Notes: generated by a model not told the origin, from the letters alone. Numbered from the stretch's first letter, positions 19,879-31,071 are shown. The stretch is 64,000 bases of DNA from Candidatus Yonathbacteria bacterium (GCA_003483855.1 DMXP01000005.1:29202-93201); one strand, 5' to 3'. A program made the numbers and translations.

Positions 19879-22275
19879 CTAGTCGCCAACCACAATATTG
19901 ATAAGTCTTCCTTTTACATAAATAATCTTTCTTATAGTATTGCCACCCACCCATTTAACGATTGCTGGACGCGCAAGAGCAAACTCTTTTACACCCTCCT
20001 CTGATGCATTCACAGACACAACTATAGTGTCGCGGAGCTTTCCACCGACCTGAATGGCAATAGTAACCTCATTCGCCACGCATTTAGACGCGTCAAAAAC
20101 AGGCCATTTTGCTAGGTGGATTGACTCCTTGTTCCCCACTTCATGCCATAGCTCCTCTGTGATGTGCGGAGCAAATGGAGCAAGGAGCAGAAGAAGATTC
20201 TCATACACACTCTTTGGAATCGCTTCAAGCTTCTCTATTTCATTTACCAAAATCATCATCGCAGAAATGACTGTATTGAAACTAAACTCTTCAATATCCT
20301 CCCCGACTTTTTGAATTGTTTTGTGAACAATCGCTTCGTCTTTTAGTTCTGCATTGTTTGAAACCTTTTCCTTCAATTTCCACACCCGTTCCAAAAAACG
20401 TCGCGGACCTATGATTGTTGCTGAATTCCACGCCTTCATATCCTCAAGAGGTCCTAGAAACATTTCATGGAGACGTAGTGTGTCCGCTCCGTATTCAAAA
20501 ACTATGTCGTTCGGGTTAATCACATTCCCAAGCGACTTTGACATTTTTCGCCCATCCTCTGCGAGAATCATTCCTTGGTGGCGAAGCTTCATAAATGGCT
20601 CATCAAAATTAATATAGCCAAGTTTTTTTAGAACTTTTGTAAAAAATCTTGCATACATAAGGTGAAGCACGGTGTGCTCTGCTCCCCCCATATACATATC
20701 TACAGGAAGCCACTTTTCAATTGCTTCGTGTGAAGCGAATTCTATATTATTTTTTGGGTCGGCGAAACGTAAATAGTACCAACTTGAACAAACAAAAGTG
20801 TCCATAGTGTCTGCTTCACGTCGCGCAGGTTTTTTACACTTTGGGCAAGCAACATCATTAAATGTCTTTGAGTATTTGAGTGGGGATTCTCCTGTTGGAC
20901 GAAAATCAACATCCGTAGGAAGGAGCACTGGGAGGTCTTCTTCGGGCACTGACACTTCGCCGCATTCGTCGCAATAAATAATCGGTATTGGCGCGCCCCA
21001 ATAGCGCTGTCTCGACACAAGCCAATCACGCAAACGATAATTTACTTTTTTAAAACCCAACTTTTTTGATTCGAGCCACTCAGACATTTTCGCGCGGGCT
21101 TCCTCGGATAAGAGTCCGTCAAATTCCCCAGAATTGATGAGTATGCCATCCTTTATGTATGCTTCTACTCCGCCAAAACCATCAATCGACGGCAAGATTG
21201 ACAGGTTGTATTTTTTAGCAAACTCAAAATCGCGTTCATCGTGTGCTGGGACTGCCATCACTGCTCCTGTGCCGTAGTTACTAAGCACATAATCAGCAAT
21301 AAACACTGGCACAGGTTCATTAGTAAATGGGTTAACCGCAGAAATCCCCTCAAACTTTACTCCTGTTTTTTCTTTCGCGAGTTCTGTGCGCTCAAGTTCA
21401 GTCTTTTTACTGGTTTCTTTAATATACGCATCAATTTCATCGTTATTTTTAGTAGTTGCGCGGAGTTTTTGGATAAGCGGGTGTTCTGGCGCCAGAACCA
21501 CATACGTCATTCCAAACACAGTGTCGATGCGAGTCGTGTATACAGCAATTGATTCATTTACATCTGAAATTTCCATCTTGAACTCTACACCCTCGCTTCT
21601 GCCAATCCAGTTTCGCTGAGCAGAGATTGTAGACGAAGGCCAATCAACTTTACTGAGATCATCAATGAGCTCATCTGCATAATCTGTAATTTTAAAAAAC
21701 CACTGCTCCAAATCTTTTTGTATAACTTCATTTTTACATCTTTCACAAATACCGTTCTCGGCCTGCTCGTTTGCAAGAACAGTTTTACATGATTCGCACC
21801 AATTTACCTTCGCCTTCTTTTTGTATGCAAGACCATTTTTGTAAAGAAGCAAGAAAAACCACTGTGTCCATCGATAATACTCAGGCGATGACGTATCAAT
21901 CTCGCGCGACCAGTCAGATGAAAAACCGAGACTCTTCATCTGACCAATAAAGTTTTTGATATTCTTATGTGTACTTATGTCAGGATGAATACCTGTTTTG
22001 ATAGCATAATTTTCCGCAGGCAAACCAAAAGCATCCCAGCCAATCGTGTGCATCACATTAAACCCCTTCATCCGCAAATAACGCGAATAGATGCATGTTG
22101 CAGTGTAGTTTTCTACATGCCCAAGGTGCAACCCATCTCCCGATGGATACGGAAACATATCCAGCACGTATTTTTTGGGCTTGTTGGAGTTATTGTCAGC
22201 CTGATACATCCCAGCCGACTCCCATTCAGCCTGCCACTTTTTCTCTATTTTAATATGGTCGTACTTTTCAGACAT
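19879..22275 (-). CDS. leuS: Leucine--tRNA ligase
   Basis: MFPYPSG.GLHLGH (HIGH) and KMSKS; start set at MSEKY. Confidence 0.98.
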   Translation of the reverse strand: MSEKYDHIKIEKKWQAEWESAGMYQADNNSNKPKKYVLDMFPYPSGDGLHLGHVENYTATCIYSRYLRMKGFNVMHTIGWDAFGLPAENYAIKTGIHPDISTHKNIKNFIGQMKSLGFSSDWSREIDTSSPEYYRWTQWFFLLLYKNGLAYKKKAKVNWCESCKTVLANEQAENGICERCKNEVIQKDLEQWFFKITDYADELIDDLSKVDWPSSTISAQRNWIGRSEGVEFKMEISDVNESIAVYTTRIDTVFGMTYVVLAPEHPLIQKLRATTKNNDEIDAYIKETSKKTELERTELAKEKTGVKFEGISAVNPFTNEPVPVFIADYVLSNYGTGAVMAVPAHDERDFEFAKKYNLSILPSIDGFGGVEAYIKDGILINSGEFDGLLSEEARAKMSEWLESKKLGFKKVNYRLRDWLVSRQRYWGAPIPIIYCDECGEVSVPEEDLPVLLPTDVDFRPTGESPLKYSKTFNDVACPKCKKPARREADTMDTFVCSSWYYLRFADPKNNIEFASHEAIEKWLPVDMYMGGAEHTVLHLMYARFFTKVLKKLGYINFDEPFMKLRHQGMILAEDGRKMSKSLGNVINPNDIVFEYGADTLRLHEMFLGPLEDMKAWNSATIIGPRRFLERVWKLKEKVSNNAELKDEAIVHKTIQKVGEDIEEFSFNTVISAMMILVNEIEKLEAIPKSVYENLLLLLAPFAPHITEELWHEVGNKESIHLAKWPVFDASKCVANEVTIAIQVGGKLRDTIVVSVNASEEGVKEFALARPAIVKWVGGNTIRKIIYVKGRLINIVVGD

Positions 22276-22341
22276 TAGACCCATTGTAGCAAAACACGCG
22301 CCGAGCACCAATATTGGTGCTCGGCGGGGGTTTGAAGTACA

Positions 22342-23310
22342 TTATCTGACAGGAGCAGGTTTTACTATAGTGTTGATCATCGGATATAGCTCTGGATCAA
22401 GAGTGCGGTCGAAACAGACTCTCCCTGCTTCGTGTTGCCAGTTTTCATTTGTTGAAGTTTTATACACAGAAACAGGGCGGGCAAAATTCTCTACGGCCAT
22501 ACCTTCTGGGGTTTCCTTGCTAAATGTTGCGCATAGTTGGAATGAATACTTTCCCTTAACAAGGTACTCATATTGCGCTTTTGTGGTTGGGTCAATCGGC
22601 ATTACAAAACCGCTCAATGGATCCTTGATGTCATCCAACACTGCTGGAAGTTTTTGTTTCGCCTGCCAATAATAAATTATTTGATTTTGAATTGTTTGCA
22701 AACCATCCAGCCTGCTAGCGTCAAAACGCTTTTCCTTTTGCGCATAAGGCGAACCCATCACAAAAAATCCTACTACTACGGCAAGTATTACAAACACGCC
22801 CGACCCATAGGCAAAACGTTGACGCATACCAGCGCTTTCAGAAGACAAATGACGCATATCATAAAAGTAGTACCCGAACACTGATGAAAGCACGAGAATT
22901 ATAGAAATTACTTTGAGAGCAAAAGCGATCGTGATTTCCTGACCGGCAAAAAACGTTTGCAAAAGAACAATGAGATCTACCGCTATCATCGCGCCAGCAA
23001 TAAAAAGTGTGAGGTACACAAGCCATTTGCGCACCGACAACTCCCGTTTCTCTGGAAACTCGGATTCCGCGCGCGACGTGATTCGCATAAAAAGAATGTG
23101 GAGCGGGAACGCAACGATGAGCATCGCTATAGCCAAAGACACACCGCCAGCGTATGGATCAACATACTCAAAAGGTTTTGGATAAAGCTGGTTAATAACT
23201 TCAAATAAAAGTGTCAGAATGCTGGCAACACTGATATATAGTGTTACGATTGCGCCGAAATAGAGAAAGAAGTCCTTTGGCGAGGTTCTAGGTTTTTGCG
23301 TGTTTTCCAT
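22342..23310 (-). CDS. DUF5671 family membrane protein
   Basis: PKDFFLY...RKWLVYLTLF...five TM helices, C-terminal DP.T...YEY...LCATF. Confidence 0.75.
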   Translation of the reverse strand: MENTQKPRTSPKDFFLYFGAIVTLYISVASILTLLFEVINQLYPKPFEYVDPYAGGVSLAIAMLIVAFPLHILFMRITSRAESEFPEKRELSVRKWLVYLTLFIAGAMIAVDLIVLLQTFFAGQEITIAFALKVISIILVLSSVFGYYFYDMRHLSSESAGMRQRFAYGSGVFVILAVVVGFFVMGSPYAQKEKRFDASRLDGLQTIQNQIIYYWQAKQKLPAVLDDIKDPLSGFVMPIDPTTKAQYEYLVKGKYSFQLCATFSKETPEGMAVENFARPVSVYKTSTNENWQHEAGRVCFDRTLDPELYPMINTIVKPAPVR

Positions 23311-23385
23311 ACAAGTAATTGTACCTCGGCGATGGACAATTGACAATTGTTATTAGTTGGTCTTTTTGTGATAGAATGAATATCA

Positions 23386-23814
23386 ATGGAAGCGCGGAAA
23401 AAGAAGATTCTACTAATAGACGATAACGAAATTGTTCGTTTGATGTTTTCAAATGTTTTTTGGCTTCACGGACTAGACGACAAATACGAGTTAAACACTG
23501 TCGGGACCATAGACGAGGCGTTTGTTTTCATAGACAACCCATCTACTCGCCCAGACATTATCTTTACAGGACTTGTTATGCCATTTATAAAGGACGGCAA
23601 AAAAGAAACGAGCGCTGAGGCAGGATTTTCACTTCTTAATCGCGTAAAAAATAATCCTGAGACTCAGGCAATTCGTGTCGTAGTTTTTTCTGGATACAAC
23701 GAGGAAGAATACCGCGCGCAAGCGATGTCCCTTGGCGCAGAGATGTACCTACAAAAAGGTGAGAATATGCCACAGGATCTTATTGGGATTATCAAGTCAT
23801 TTGACACACCGTAA
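23386..23814 (+). CDS. Stand-alone response regulator receiver (aspartate-less)
   Basis: ILLIDD...PDIIFTGLVMP...VVFS...YLQK. Confidence 0.85.
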   Translation: MEARKKKILLIDDNEIVRLMFSNVFWLHGLDDKYELNTVGTIDEAFVFIDNPSTRPDIIFTGLVMPFIKDGKKETSAEAGFSLLNRVKNNPETQAIRVVVFSGYNEEEYRAQAMSLGAEMYLQKGENMPQDLIGIIKSFDTP

Positions 23815-23816
23815 TC

Positions 23817-25118
23817 ATGAGCGCGCCACTTGTAAAACTTGAAGGTATAAACTTCTACTACAATCGTGGGAAGCCTTCTGAAGTGCACGCATTGAAGGAC
23901 ATCAATCTTGAAATTGAACGCGGAGGATATGTAGCTTTTTTTGGGCCATCTGGATGCGGAAAAACTACACTCACCTATTTGATTGGCGGTATAGAAACAG
24001 AAAACACGGACGAGGGACACATTCTCATAAACGGACGCGACCTTCGTGGACTTTCTAAAAAAGAGCTCGCTGTTTACCGTCAAGTCGGTGTTGGTATTAT
24101 TTTTCAACAATTCAACCTTCTCCCTTCTCTGACAGTTTTAGACAATGTAGCACTTCCCATGGCATTCCTTGGCATTAGTGTTGATCGTCGTAGAAAAGAG
24201 GCGATGAAACTACTGGATAGATTCTCTATGACAAGCAAAGCAGACCGTTTTCCATCGGAGCTTTCAGGCGGGCAACAGCAACGCGTAAGTATCGCGCGCG
24301 CGCTCGCAAACAACCCCCCTCTAATTATCGCGGACGAACCTCTCGGTAATTTGGACTCTGAAAACGCAAACAAGGCACTTGAATTTTTAAAAGAGCTTAA
24401 TGAAAAAGATGGACGCACCATTATCATGGTTACACACGAATCATGGAGCTTACGTGATGCAAAAACAATTTTCTACCTAAAGGATGGCGAATTGATCAGA
24501 AAAGAACAGCCAGAAAAAAAGAAAGAGGCTCAAAAGAAACTTTCAGAACATTTGTATCACAACCTTTTCCCCGATGTAACGCCTGAGAGGCTAATGGCGC
24601 GTTCACTTTCGTATATGCTTATGCGCGGGTTCTCGGGAGACGAGATTAAACGCTTTGAGATGTTCCTCGCAAAAAGACTTGCGGGAGAGATAGACACACC
24701 AACATTTATTGATTTTCTCGATAGCCCATACAAAGAAGGAGGGGTTGGCCTATGGAAGCAACGCGCAATCGCAATCGCAAAAACAGTGGAGGACATTGTA
24801 GAAAAAAGGAAGACAGTTGAGGATGTTTACACGGACCTACAAAAAGATCCTGAGACACCTCTCTATGAAGCAGTTTCAAAAATGCGTTCATGGCTATTAG
24901 AAGACTACAAGGGCATACTTTCAGACATTCAAATCGTGCGATTTGATGAGGCAGTTGAGGACCGCTTCAGAAACATCATCAGTCCGGAAAACTTCCGCCA
25001 GGTGCTAGAGCTTCCACGAGTAGACTTTGGAGTTGGTCTCGCGCCAGGAACAGTGAGAACAATTTCAGAAAAGCTTGAAACAATTCTCACCGGCAAGAAC
25101 CTGCAAGTATTTCATTAA
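23817..25118 (+). CDS. ABC transporter ATP-binding protein (LolD/MacB-like) with a C-terminal extension
   Basis: GPSGCGKT, LSGGQQQR, IIADEP and VTH motifs. Confidence 0.93.
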   Translation: MSAPLVKLEGINFYYNRGKPSEVHALKDINLEIERGGYVAFFGPSGCGKTTLTYLIGGIETENTDEGHILINGRDLRGLSKKELAVYRQVGVGIIFQQFNLLPSLTVLDNVALPMAFLGISVDRRRKEAMKLLDRFSMTSKADRFPSELSGGQQQRVSIARALANNPPLIIADEPLGNLDSENANKALEFLKELNEKDGRTIIMVTHESWSLRDAKTIFYLKDGELIRKEQPEKKKEAQKKLSEHLYHNLFPDVTPERLMARSLSYMLMRGFSGDEIKRFEMFLAKRLAGEIDTPTFIDFLDSPYKEGGVGLWKQRAIAIAKTVEDIVEKRKTVEDVYTDLQKDPETPLYEAVSKMRSWLLEDYKGILSDIQIVRFDEAVEDRFRNIISPENFRQVLELPRVDFGVGLAPGTVRTISEKLETILTGKNLQVFH

Positions 25119-25123
25119 AATAT

Positions 25124-26392
25124 ATGGATCAATTCACTGAAAAAACAGAAGTGCAACAGAAGGTAGCGTCAAAACTTGAAGTAAAGACAGACCACAGTCT
25201 TTCTGCTTGGGACCTGCTCAAACTCTCCCTTCGAGTTTTTCGCACAAAACCAACACGTACTATTTTAACAGTACTTGGTATGTCCGTTGGTATCGGTACT
25301 GTCGTTTTTCTTGTGTCTCTTGGTTATGGGCTTCAATACATTTTAATTGGTAACCTAATTACTAGCGAGGACTCCCTTATGACACTAGAAGCAGCATACC
25401 CAAGCGAAGCTGGAAAAAGTATTGACCTTGAGAAAATGGATGAAATAAAAACAATGGAGGAAGTGGACGCAATAAGCCCTGTCACAGAATTCTCTGGCGA
25501 ACTTTCTATTGCTGGTGGAGCTCCAGGCCTTATCCCTGTGACTCGTGTCGTTCGTTCATCATATTTTAGATATGCAGGAGTTTACCCAGATATTGGAGAT
25601 GTATTTAGCGAGGATAACCCTGGAGCTGTTTTATCAATACAAGCATTGAAACTTCTAGGCCTCAATGTAGATGAATCGATTATTGGGAAAGAGGTTTCTG
25701 GAAAAGTTTATTACCCAAAACAAGACGGAAGCACAGAAGAGGTAATTATTTCTAAACTGCAAATTCGTGGAGTTATTACTGACGAAAATGAACCGCCTCT
25801 TGCGTACATTCCCTACTATTCAGTCTCGAAAGAGCCAACTGCTCTCAAGAGTTTACTCATCAAAGCGCGTAATGTTGACCTTGTTGAACAACTGCGAGAT
25901 AAATTAGATAAAGAAGGTTTCCTCGTGAGCGCGAAAATTGACCTAGTGAATCAAGCGCGAAAAATCACAAACGCTATAACAGTAGTCCTTATGGTTTTTG
26001 GCACAGCCGCTCTTATCGTGTCCGCTATTGGAATGTTCAACACTATGATAGTCGGCTTTCTTGAACGTATTTACGAAGTGGGGGTTATGAAATCCCTCGG
26101 CGCGACAGACGGCGACGTGCAAAACCTGTTCCTTATGGAATCCTTCATCATCGGATTCTTGGGAGGGCTCTCTGGAGTCGCTATCGGTATGGGGGGAGGA
26201 TCAGCCATAAACTTTGTGATGAGTACTCTTTCTCAAAACCTAGGAAGCAAGGCACTTACACTTTTCATCACACCAGCGTGGTTTGCAATTTCAACTATTA
26301 TTCTTTCCTCGTGTATAGGAATTATTTCCGGCGCTTTGCCTGCAAGAAACGCATCCAAGCTCTCACCGAGAGAAGCATTCGTGAGAAAATAA
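25124..26392 (+). CDS. ABC transporter permease, MacB/FtsX family
   Basis: RTILTVLG...GMFNTM...ERIYEVGVMKSLGA...PARNASKLSP. Confidence 0.92.
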   Translation: MDQFTEKTEVQQKVASKLEVKTDHSLSAWDLLKLSLRVFRTKPTRTILTVLGMSVGIGTVVFLVSLGYGLQYILIGNLITSEDSLMTLEAAYPSEAGKSIDLEKMDEIKTMEEVDAISPVTEFSGELSIAGGAPGLIPVTRVVRSSYFRYAGVYPDIGDVFSEDNPGAVLSIQALKLLGLNVDESIIGKEVSGKVYYPKQDGSTEEVIISKLQIRGVITDENEPPLAYIPYYSVSKEPTALKSLLIKARNVDLVEQLRDKLDKEGFLVSAKIDLVNQARKITNAITVVLMVFGTAALIVSAIGMFNTMIVGFLERIYEVGVMKSLGATDGDVQNLFLMESFIIGFLGGLSGVAIGMGGGSAINFVMSTLSQNLGSKALTLFITPAWFAISTIILSSCIGIISGALPARNASKLSPREAFVRK

Positions 26393-26580
26393 AATCCGCT
26401 CACCATTTCCTTTTCTGTTGCACGCATAATTTTTTGCTAAAAATTTGACTCCAAGAGCGAACCAGCTGATTCGTCTGCTCGCCTCGCCAGGCTGTGCAAG
26501 GCACCAGAAAACGAAACGGCTCGCTCTGAGAAAAATCATGCGGTCGTCTTTTATGCAAAAAACAACCGCATCTGTTTAGG

Positions 26581-26692
26581 GTCTAAATTGCTCAAGGTGC
26601 GAGGCGTGGAATATTTTTACGCCCAAGACGTACACTCGTACGACGTGGGAGAAAAAATATTCCGCAACAAAGCAGATTGAGATAACTTAGAC
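26581..26692. repeat. Long-hairpin REP/MITE family A, copy 2
   Basis: GTCTAAATTGCTCAA...TTGAGATAACTTAGAC; TGCGAGG, GTACACTCGTAC, CAACAAAGCAG. Confidence 0.7.
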
Positions 26693-27784
26693 TCTAAACT
26701 CGATGACGTCGCCGTCGCTGACTATATACTCCTTCCCTTCAATCCTCAGCAACCCCTTCTCCTTTGCATTCGCAAATGATCCCGCATCCAATAAATCCTT
26801 CCAATAAATAACCTCCGCGCGAATAAACTTGTCTTTAAAATCGGTATGGATTGCCATTCCTGCCACTGGCGCTGTGCTCCCCTTTTTAATAGTCCATGCG
26901 CGGGTCTCTTTTTCTCCAGTTGTAAAATATGTTTCAAGCCCGAGCATTTCGTAACCTTTTGTAATGAGGTCATTGATGCCGTCATTTTTTGAGCCAAGTT
27001 CTGCGCGGAACATTTCTTTTTCTTCACCTTCAAATACTGAGAGCTCGTGTTCCACTCCTGCATCCACTACCACATAGTGCGCGCCGAGCGTCTTCAAGTA
27101 TGCGAGAAGTTTTTCAAAACGTTCACCTTTCACTTCATCCAAATTCTTACCGCCAGCTTTTTTGTTAAGCACATATAAAATAGGTTTCATTGTAAGCAGG
27201 TGCATTGCGCGCGCAATGAGCACCTCCTCGTCTGTAAGCGATACCGTACGCGCGAGTTTCCCTTGCACTAACGCATTTGAAATTTTTTGCAAAATATCTT
27301 TTTCTCTTATTGCATCCTTGTCGCCACGCTTCACATCCTTCTCAATATTCGCGAGACGTTTGGTCACTGTTTGTTCGTCGGCAATAATAAGCTCAAGGTT
27401 TATTGTTTCAATATCTGACACAGGGTCAACCTTGCCGTGCACATGTATCACGTTGTCGTCCTCAAAAATGCGCACTACTTCTGCAATGGCATCCGTCTCG
27501 CGAATATTTGAAAGAAACTGATTTCCCAAACCTTCACCTTCACTAGCTCCTTTCACGAGCCCAGCAATATCCACAAACTCCACCGCTGCAGGAATTGTCT
27601 TTTGTGTTTTTGAAAACTCCGCGAGTTTATGCAGGCGCTCGTCAGGCACAGCAACAACACCCACTGATGGGTCTATTGTGCAAAAAGGATAATTCTCCGC
27701 TGGAACAGATTTTTTCGTTAATGCGTTAAAAAGAGTGGACTTGCCGACATTTGGAAGTCCGACGATACCTATTGCGAGTGCCAT
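26687..27784 (-). CDS. ychF: Redox-regulated ATPase YchF
   Basis: [30 protein letters not shown] and YFTTG motifs. Confidence 0.98.
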   Translation of the reverse strand: MALAIGIVGLPNVGKSTLFNALTKKSVPAENYPFCTIDPSVGVVAVPDERLHKLAEFSKTQKTIPAAVEFVDIAGLVKGASEGEGLGNQFLSNIRETDAIAEVVRIFEDDNVIHVHGKVDPVSDIETINLELIIADEQTVTKRLANIEKDVKRGDKDAIREKDILQKISNALVQGKLARTVSLTDEEVLIARAMHLLTMKPILYVLNKKAGGKNLDEVKGERFEKLLAYLKTLGAHYVVVDAGVEHELSVFEGEEKEMFRAELGSKNDGINDLITKGYEMLGLETYFTTGEKETRAWTIKKGSTAPVAGMAIHTDFKDKFIRAEVIYWKDLLDAGSFANAKEKGLLRIEGKEYIVSDGDVIEFRV

Positions 27785-27785
27785 A

Positions 27786-28013
27786 TTACTTTTGTAGTAC
27801 TTTCTGGAGCTCCCCCTGATGAGCCCTCATCACTTCCATTGAGGCGGCTTGCTCTGAACGGCCAGCCTTCACCTTGGCCTTTATTTCGTCACCAATCTTT
27901 TTAAAAAGCTCTGTGTTCTTTTCTACAAGCCCGATAATGCGGTCAATTTCTGCCTCTGGAACACCTTTGAGTTGGCGTTTTATAACTTGTTTAAGTAAAA
28001 ATTCTTTTATCAT
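27786..28013 (-). CDS. Small conserved hypothetical protein
   Basis: Helical 75-aa ORF coupled to ychF; start set at MIKEF. Confidence 0.7.
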   Translation of the reverse strand: MIKEFLLKQVIKRQLKGVPEAEIDRIIGLVEKNTELFKKIGDEIKAKVKAGRSEQAASMEVMRAHQGELQKVLQK

Positions 28014-28142
28014 ATCTGACGATATTAGCAGAAAAAAACCGGTTTTACAAACAAAAACTAACAAGAAAAAATCTCAACCCATACTATACACGCATTTGTC
28101 CGATAGTATATTATACGTGTATAGTAGAAAACAGGAGAAAAA

Positions 28143-29144
28143 CTAATGCCCGCTGACTGCGCTGATGCATGCGTTGAACGCCTGCACGCCCGCATTGTAT
28201 GTTGCAACTGCAACTCTGTTTGCCTCTACGAGCGAGTTATATTGTGGCACCAGCGCGTTGTATTCATTTATATATGTATTGTAATTTGGATCATGTTGCG
28301 AAGTCGCATCAAGCAAGGCCTTTTTTGCGTCAAGCTTGGAACGCATGTCCGCTATCGTTGCGCTGGTTGAATCAATCTGAGCTTTGAGTGTTTGATCTGT
28401 TGCTGGACACGCTGACAATGGAAGCCCAAAACTTTGCACGGCGAGCCATGTCATATGACCATCATACATTCCTTTACCAACAGCAACGCCGATCTCCCTA
28501 TAATGCGTATTCAAAATATTCGCGCGATGACCGGGGCTGTTCATCCACGCGGTAACCACTCCAGCGTCGCCCGCAAAATCTCCTAGAGCGAGGTTTTCCC
28601 CTACTGTCACATATGCGTACCCGACAGCCTGAGCCAAGTCCGAAGGACCCACACCAGTTGGCGACACGTGTTCAAAGTATTGTTTTGCAAACATGTCATC
28701 AACCTTCATCTGCGCATCACGATTTAGAAGAGTATTTTCAGTAAGCGCAGGCAGTGCTCCATTTTGCGCTCGTTCTATGTTTGTGCGTTCTATTATTCCT
28801 CGCGCAGTAAGGTCTGTCGCGCTTGTAGTCTGTGTAATTGCCCGAAGTGGACCAGGAGTAACAACAGACTTCTCTACCACTGCCGTTTTTGGTACAAGAC
28901 TGCCGTTTGTCGCAGTTGCGGTTGTCGTTTTTGGTACGACCTTTTTTACTGTTGCTTGCGTGGATGTAGAAACAACTGTTTCTCGGCTTGGCCGTGGACT
29001 TAATTGCTCCTTTTTCGCAACAACTGGCATTTCTTGCGCTATTTCTCTCGGCGCAAAAGTCTCCCCGAGGTACGTGTACGAAAGCGCTCCCGCTCCTATG
29101 AGCGCCAAAATTCCCGCGAGAATTTTTATTATTGATGCCAGCAT
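28143..29144 (-). CDS. CAP (SCP/YkwD) domain secreted protein
   Basis: YFEH.SP, GENLA and WMNSPGHRANIL motifs. Confidence 0.93.
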   Translation of the reverse strand: MLASIIKILAGILALIGAGALSYTYLGETFAPREIAQEMPVVAKKEQLSPRPSRETVVSTSTQATVKKVVPKTTTATATNGSLVPKTAVVEKSVVTPGPLRAITQTTSATDLTARGIIERTNIERAQNGALPALTENTLLNRDAQMKVDDMFAKQYFEHVSPTGVGPSDLAQAVGYAYVTVGENLALGDFAGDAGVVTAWMNSPGHRANILNTHYREIGVAVGKGMYDGHMTWLAVQSFGLPLSACPATDQTLKAQIDSTSATIADMRSKLDAKKALLDATSQHDPNYNTYINEYNALVPQYNSLVEANRVAVATYNAGVQAFNACISAVSGH

Positions 29145-29148
29145 TGTT

Positions 29149-29934
29149 TTATTTCCTTAACACCTCAAGAAAGAGAAACATTGGTATCTCTTTTCTCGCT
29201 CTATCCTCTGCTTTCTTTCTTGGACCAGCCTCGCTTTCTCTGTGAGAGAGCCATTCTTCTAATCGCGCAACCACAAACCCGCTGTTCGCGAGTGTTTTGA
29301 AATAGTACTGGAGCGGACGGTGGAAAGAAACGGTCGTTGGCCCGCCACGCTTACTTGGATTCATTTCAATCTCCACTTTTGACTCTGACATATAGCTGTC
29401 TATGCGACGATACTGTGTTTTTGATTCCTCGTCATAACCCCATGCGCTTGCTTTTGGAACACGAAATGCTGGATGGTTGAGGACGATAAAAAGCTTTCCG
29501 TGAGGTTTAAGCACGCGCGCGCACTCTTTAAAAACTTTGTGTGGAGCTTCTATATTTTGTATCGCAAGCACAATCGCAATTTTATCAAATGAGCTGTCTT
29601 CAAAAAGCGAGAGGTCCTCGGCAGAGTGTGGGAAGTATTTGATCTCTTTTGAGGACTCTTTTTTTGCGATGAGGATGAGTTGTTTCCCGAGGTCCACTCC
29701 AGTAGTATCCGCGCCTTCTTGAAAAAATGCTTGCGTAAAAAAGCCCTGCCCACACGCGAGGTCAAGCACACGCTCCCCCTTCATAATAGCCATAGCGCGG
29801 AGAATATTTGGTAAAATCACGCGCGCTTGATATGTATCATCCCCAGCGAGAAGCGTATCGTACCAATGCGCCACCCCTCCCCACGAGGTGGTCTTCTTTT
29901 TCGCTATCGGATGTTTTTTAGGTTGTTCGGTCAT
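29149..29934 (-). CDS. Class I SAM-dependent methyltransferase
   Basis: VLDLACGQG and RVLKPHG motifs. Confidence 0.9.
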   Translation of the reverse strand: MTEQPKKHPIAKKKTTSWGGVAHWYDTLLAGDDTYQARVILPNILRAMAIMKGERVLDLACGQGFFTQAFFQEGADTTGVDLGKQLILIAKKESSKEIKYFPHSAEDLSLFEDSSFDKIAIVLAIQNIEAPHKVFKECARVLKPHGKLFIVLNHPAFRVPKASAWGYDEESKTQYRRIDSYMSESKVEIEMNPSKRGGPTTVSFHRPLQYYFKTLANSGFVVARLEEWLSHRESEAGPRKKAEDRARKEIPMFLFLEVLRK

Positions 29935-29976
29935 ATTGTCATTGATTCTAGCATAAAATTGTAGTATTGTGACCCA

Positions 29977-30484
29977 ATGAAATGGATTCTATTCACGGGG
30001 ACATGGAAGCTCACGAACGACGAAGTTGAGCACGATGTGCGTCAGGCTGCGCGTGAAGTTATAGCGCGTGGGGACCGGCGTACTCACTGGTGGTGCGACT
30101 GGAGTAGACTACTTCGCAATGGATGAAGTGTTGAAGCACAATCCTACAGCATCTCACCTCCGCGTTATCATCCCCGCTCGGCTAGAAAGCTATATTGAGG
30201 ACTACTTTACGAACTGGTGTCACGAACCAATCACGCAAAAAGACATCGACAACCTTGCGACAATTTTAAAACATATCAAGAAAATAAACCCTGCAGGTCT
30301 TTTGGAAATGCCATACAAGAAAATCACGCAGGAACACTACAACCTACGCCATGACCAAGAGGTTATGTACTCAGACGAAGTACACGCATTCCAAGTAAAT
30401 GAGAGTGCTGGCACACAAGATACAATAGATAAATCAGCAAAAGCTGGACTTAAAACCACTCATCACAAAAAGTATCAGATTTAA
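29977..30484 (+). pseudogene. SLOG (DprA/LOG-like) protein split by a single-base frameshift near 30076
   Basis: Frame 1 reads MKWILFTGTW...EVIARGD; frame 2 continues GVLTGGATGVD...GTQDTI; one extra C in GGGGACCGGC. Confidence 0.75.
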
Positions 30485-30504
30485 TTATGTGCTAAAATCG
30501 GCCT

Positions 30505-31071
30505 ATGAATAAGTCTGATGAGCTAAAAGCGCTCCATGAAAAATGGCTTCAGGAATGCGCCTGTGAATTACGAAAAAACGCGATACAGTGTGTTCCTGGT
30601 GACGGCAAGGCAAGCGCGCAAATCGTATTCATCGGCGAAGCGCCAGGAGCAAAGGAGGACAAAGATGGTCGCCCATTCGTCGGCTCCGCGGGGAAATTTC
30701 TAGCGGAGATGCTTGAGAGTATAAAAATGAAACGCGAGGATGTGTACATTACCAACATCGTGAAATATCGCCCGCCAGAAAATCGCGACCCGACATCTAA
30801 AGAGATTGCCGACTGTGCAAAGTGGCTTGAAGAAGAAATCAAACTCATAGACCCAGCGCTTATTGTTTTTCTCGGTCGCCACTCAATGAACCATTTCTTT
30901 CCGAACGAAAAAATTTCTGAGGCGCACGGTATTCTAATCACAGGAGAGCACTTCGGCAAGGTTCGTAACTTTCTCCCTCTCTATCATCCTGCCGCTGCTC
31001 TCTACAACGGCTCTTTGCGCGAAGTTCTGAAAGAGGATTTTAAAAAAATTCCTAGAGCAATGAAAATGTAG
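30505..31071 (+). CDS. Uracil-DNA glycosylase, family 4
   Basis: IGEAPG..ED..GRPFVG, NIVKYRPPENR and YHPAA motifs. Confidence 0.95.
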   Translation: MNKSDELKALHEKWLQECACELRKNAIQCVPGDGKASAQIVFIGEAPGAKEDKDGRPFVGSAGKFLAEMLESIKMKREDVYITNIVKYRPPENRDPTSKEIADCAKWLEEEIKLIDPALIVFLGRHSMNHFFPNEKISEAHGILITGEHFGKVRNFLPLYHPAAALYNGSLREVLKEDFKKIPRAMKM

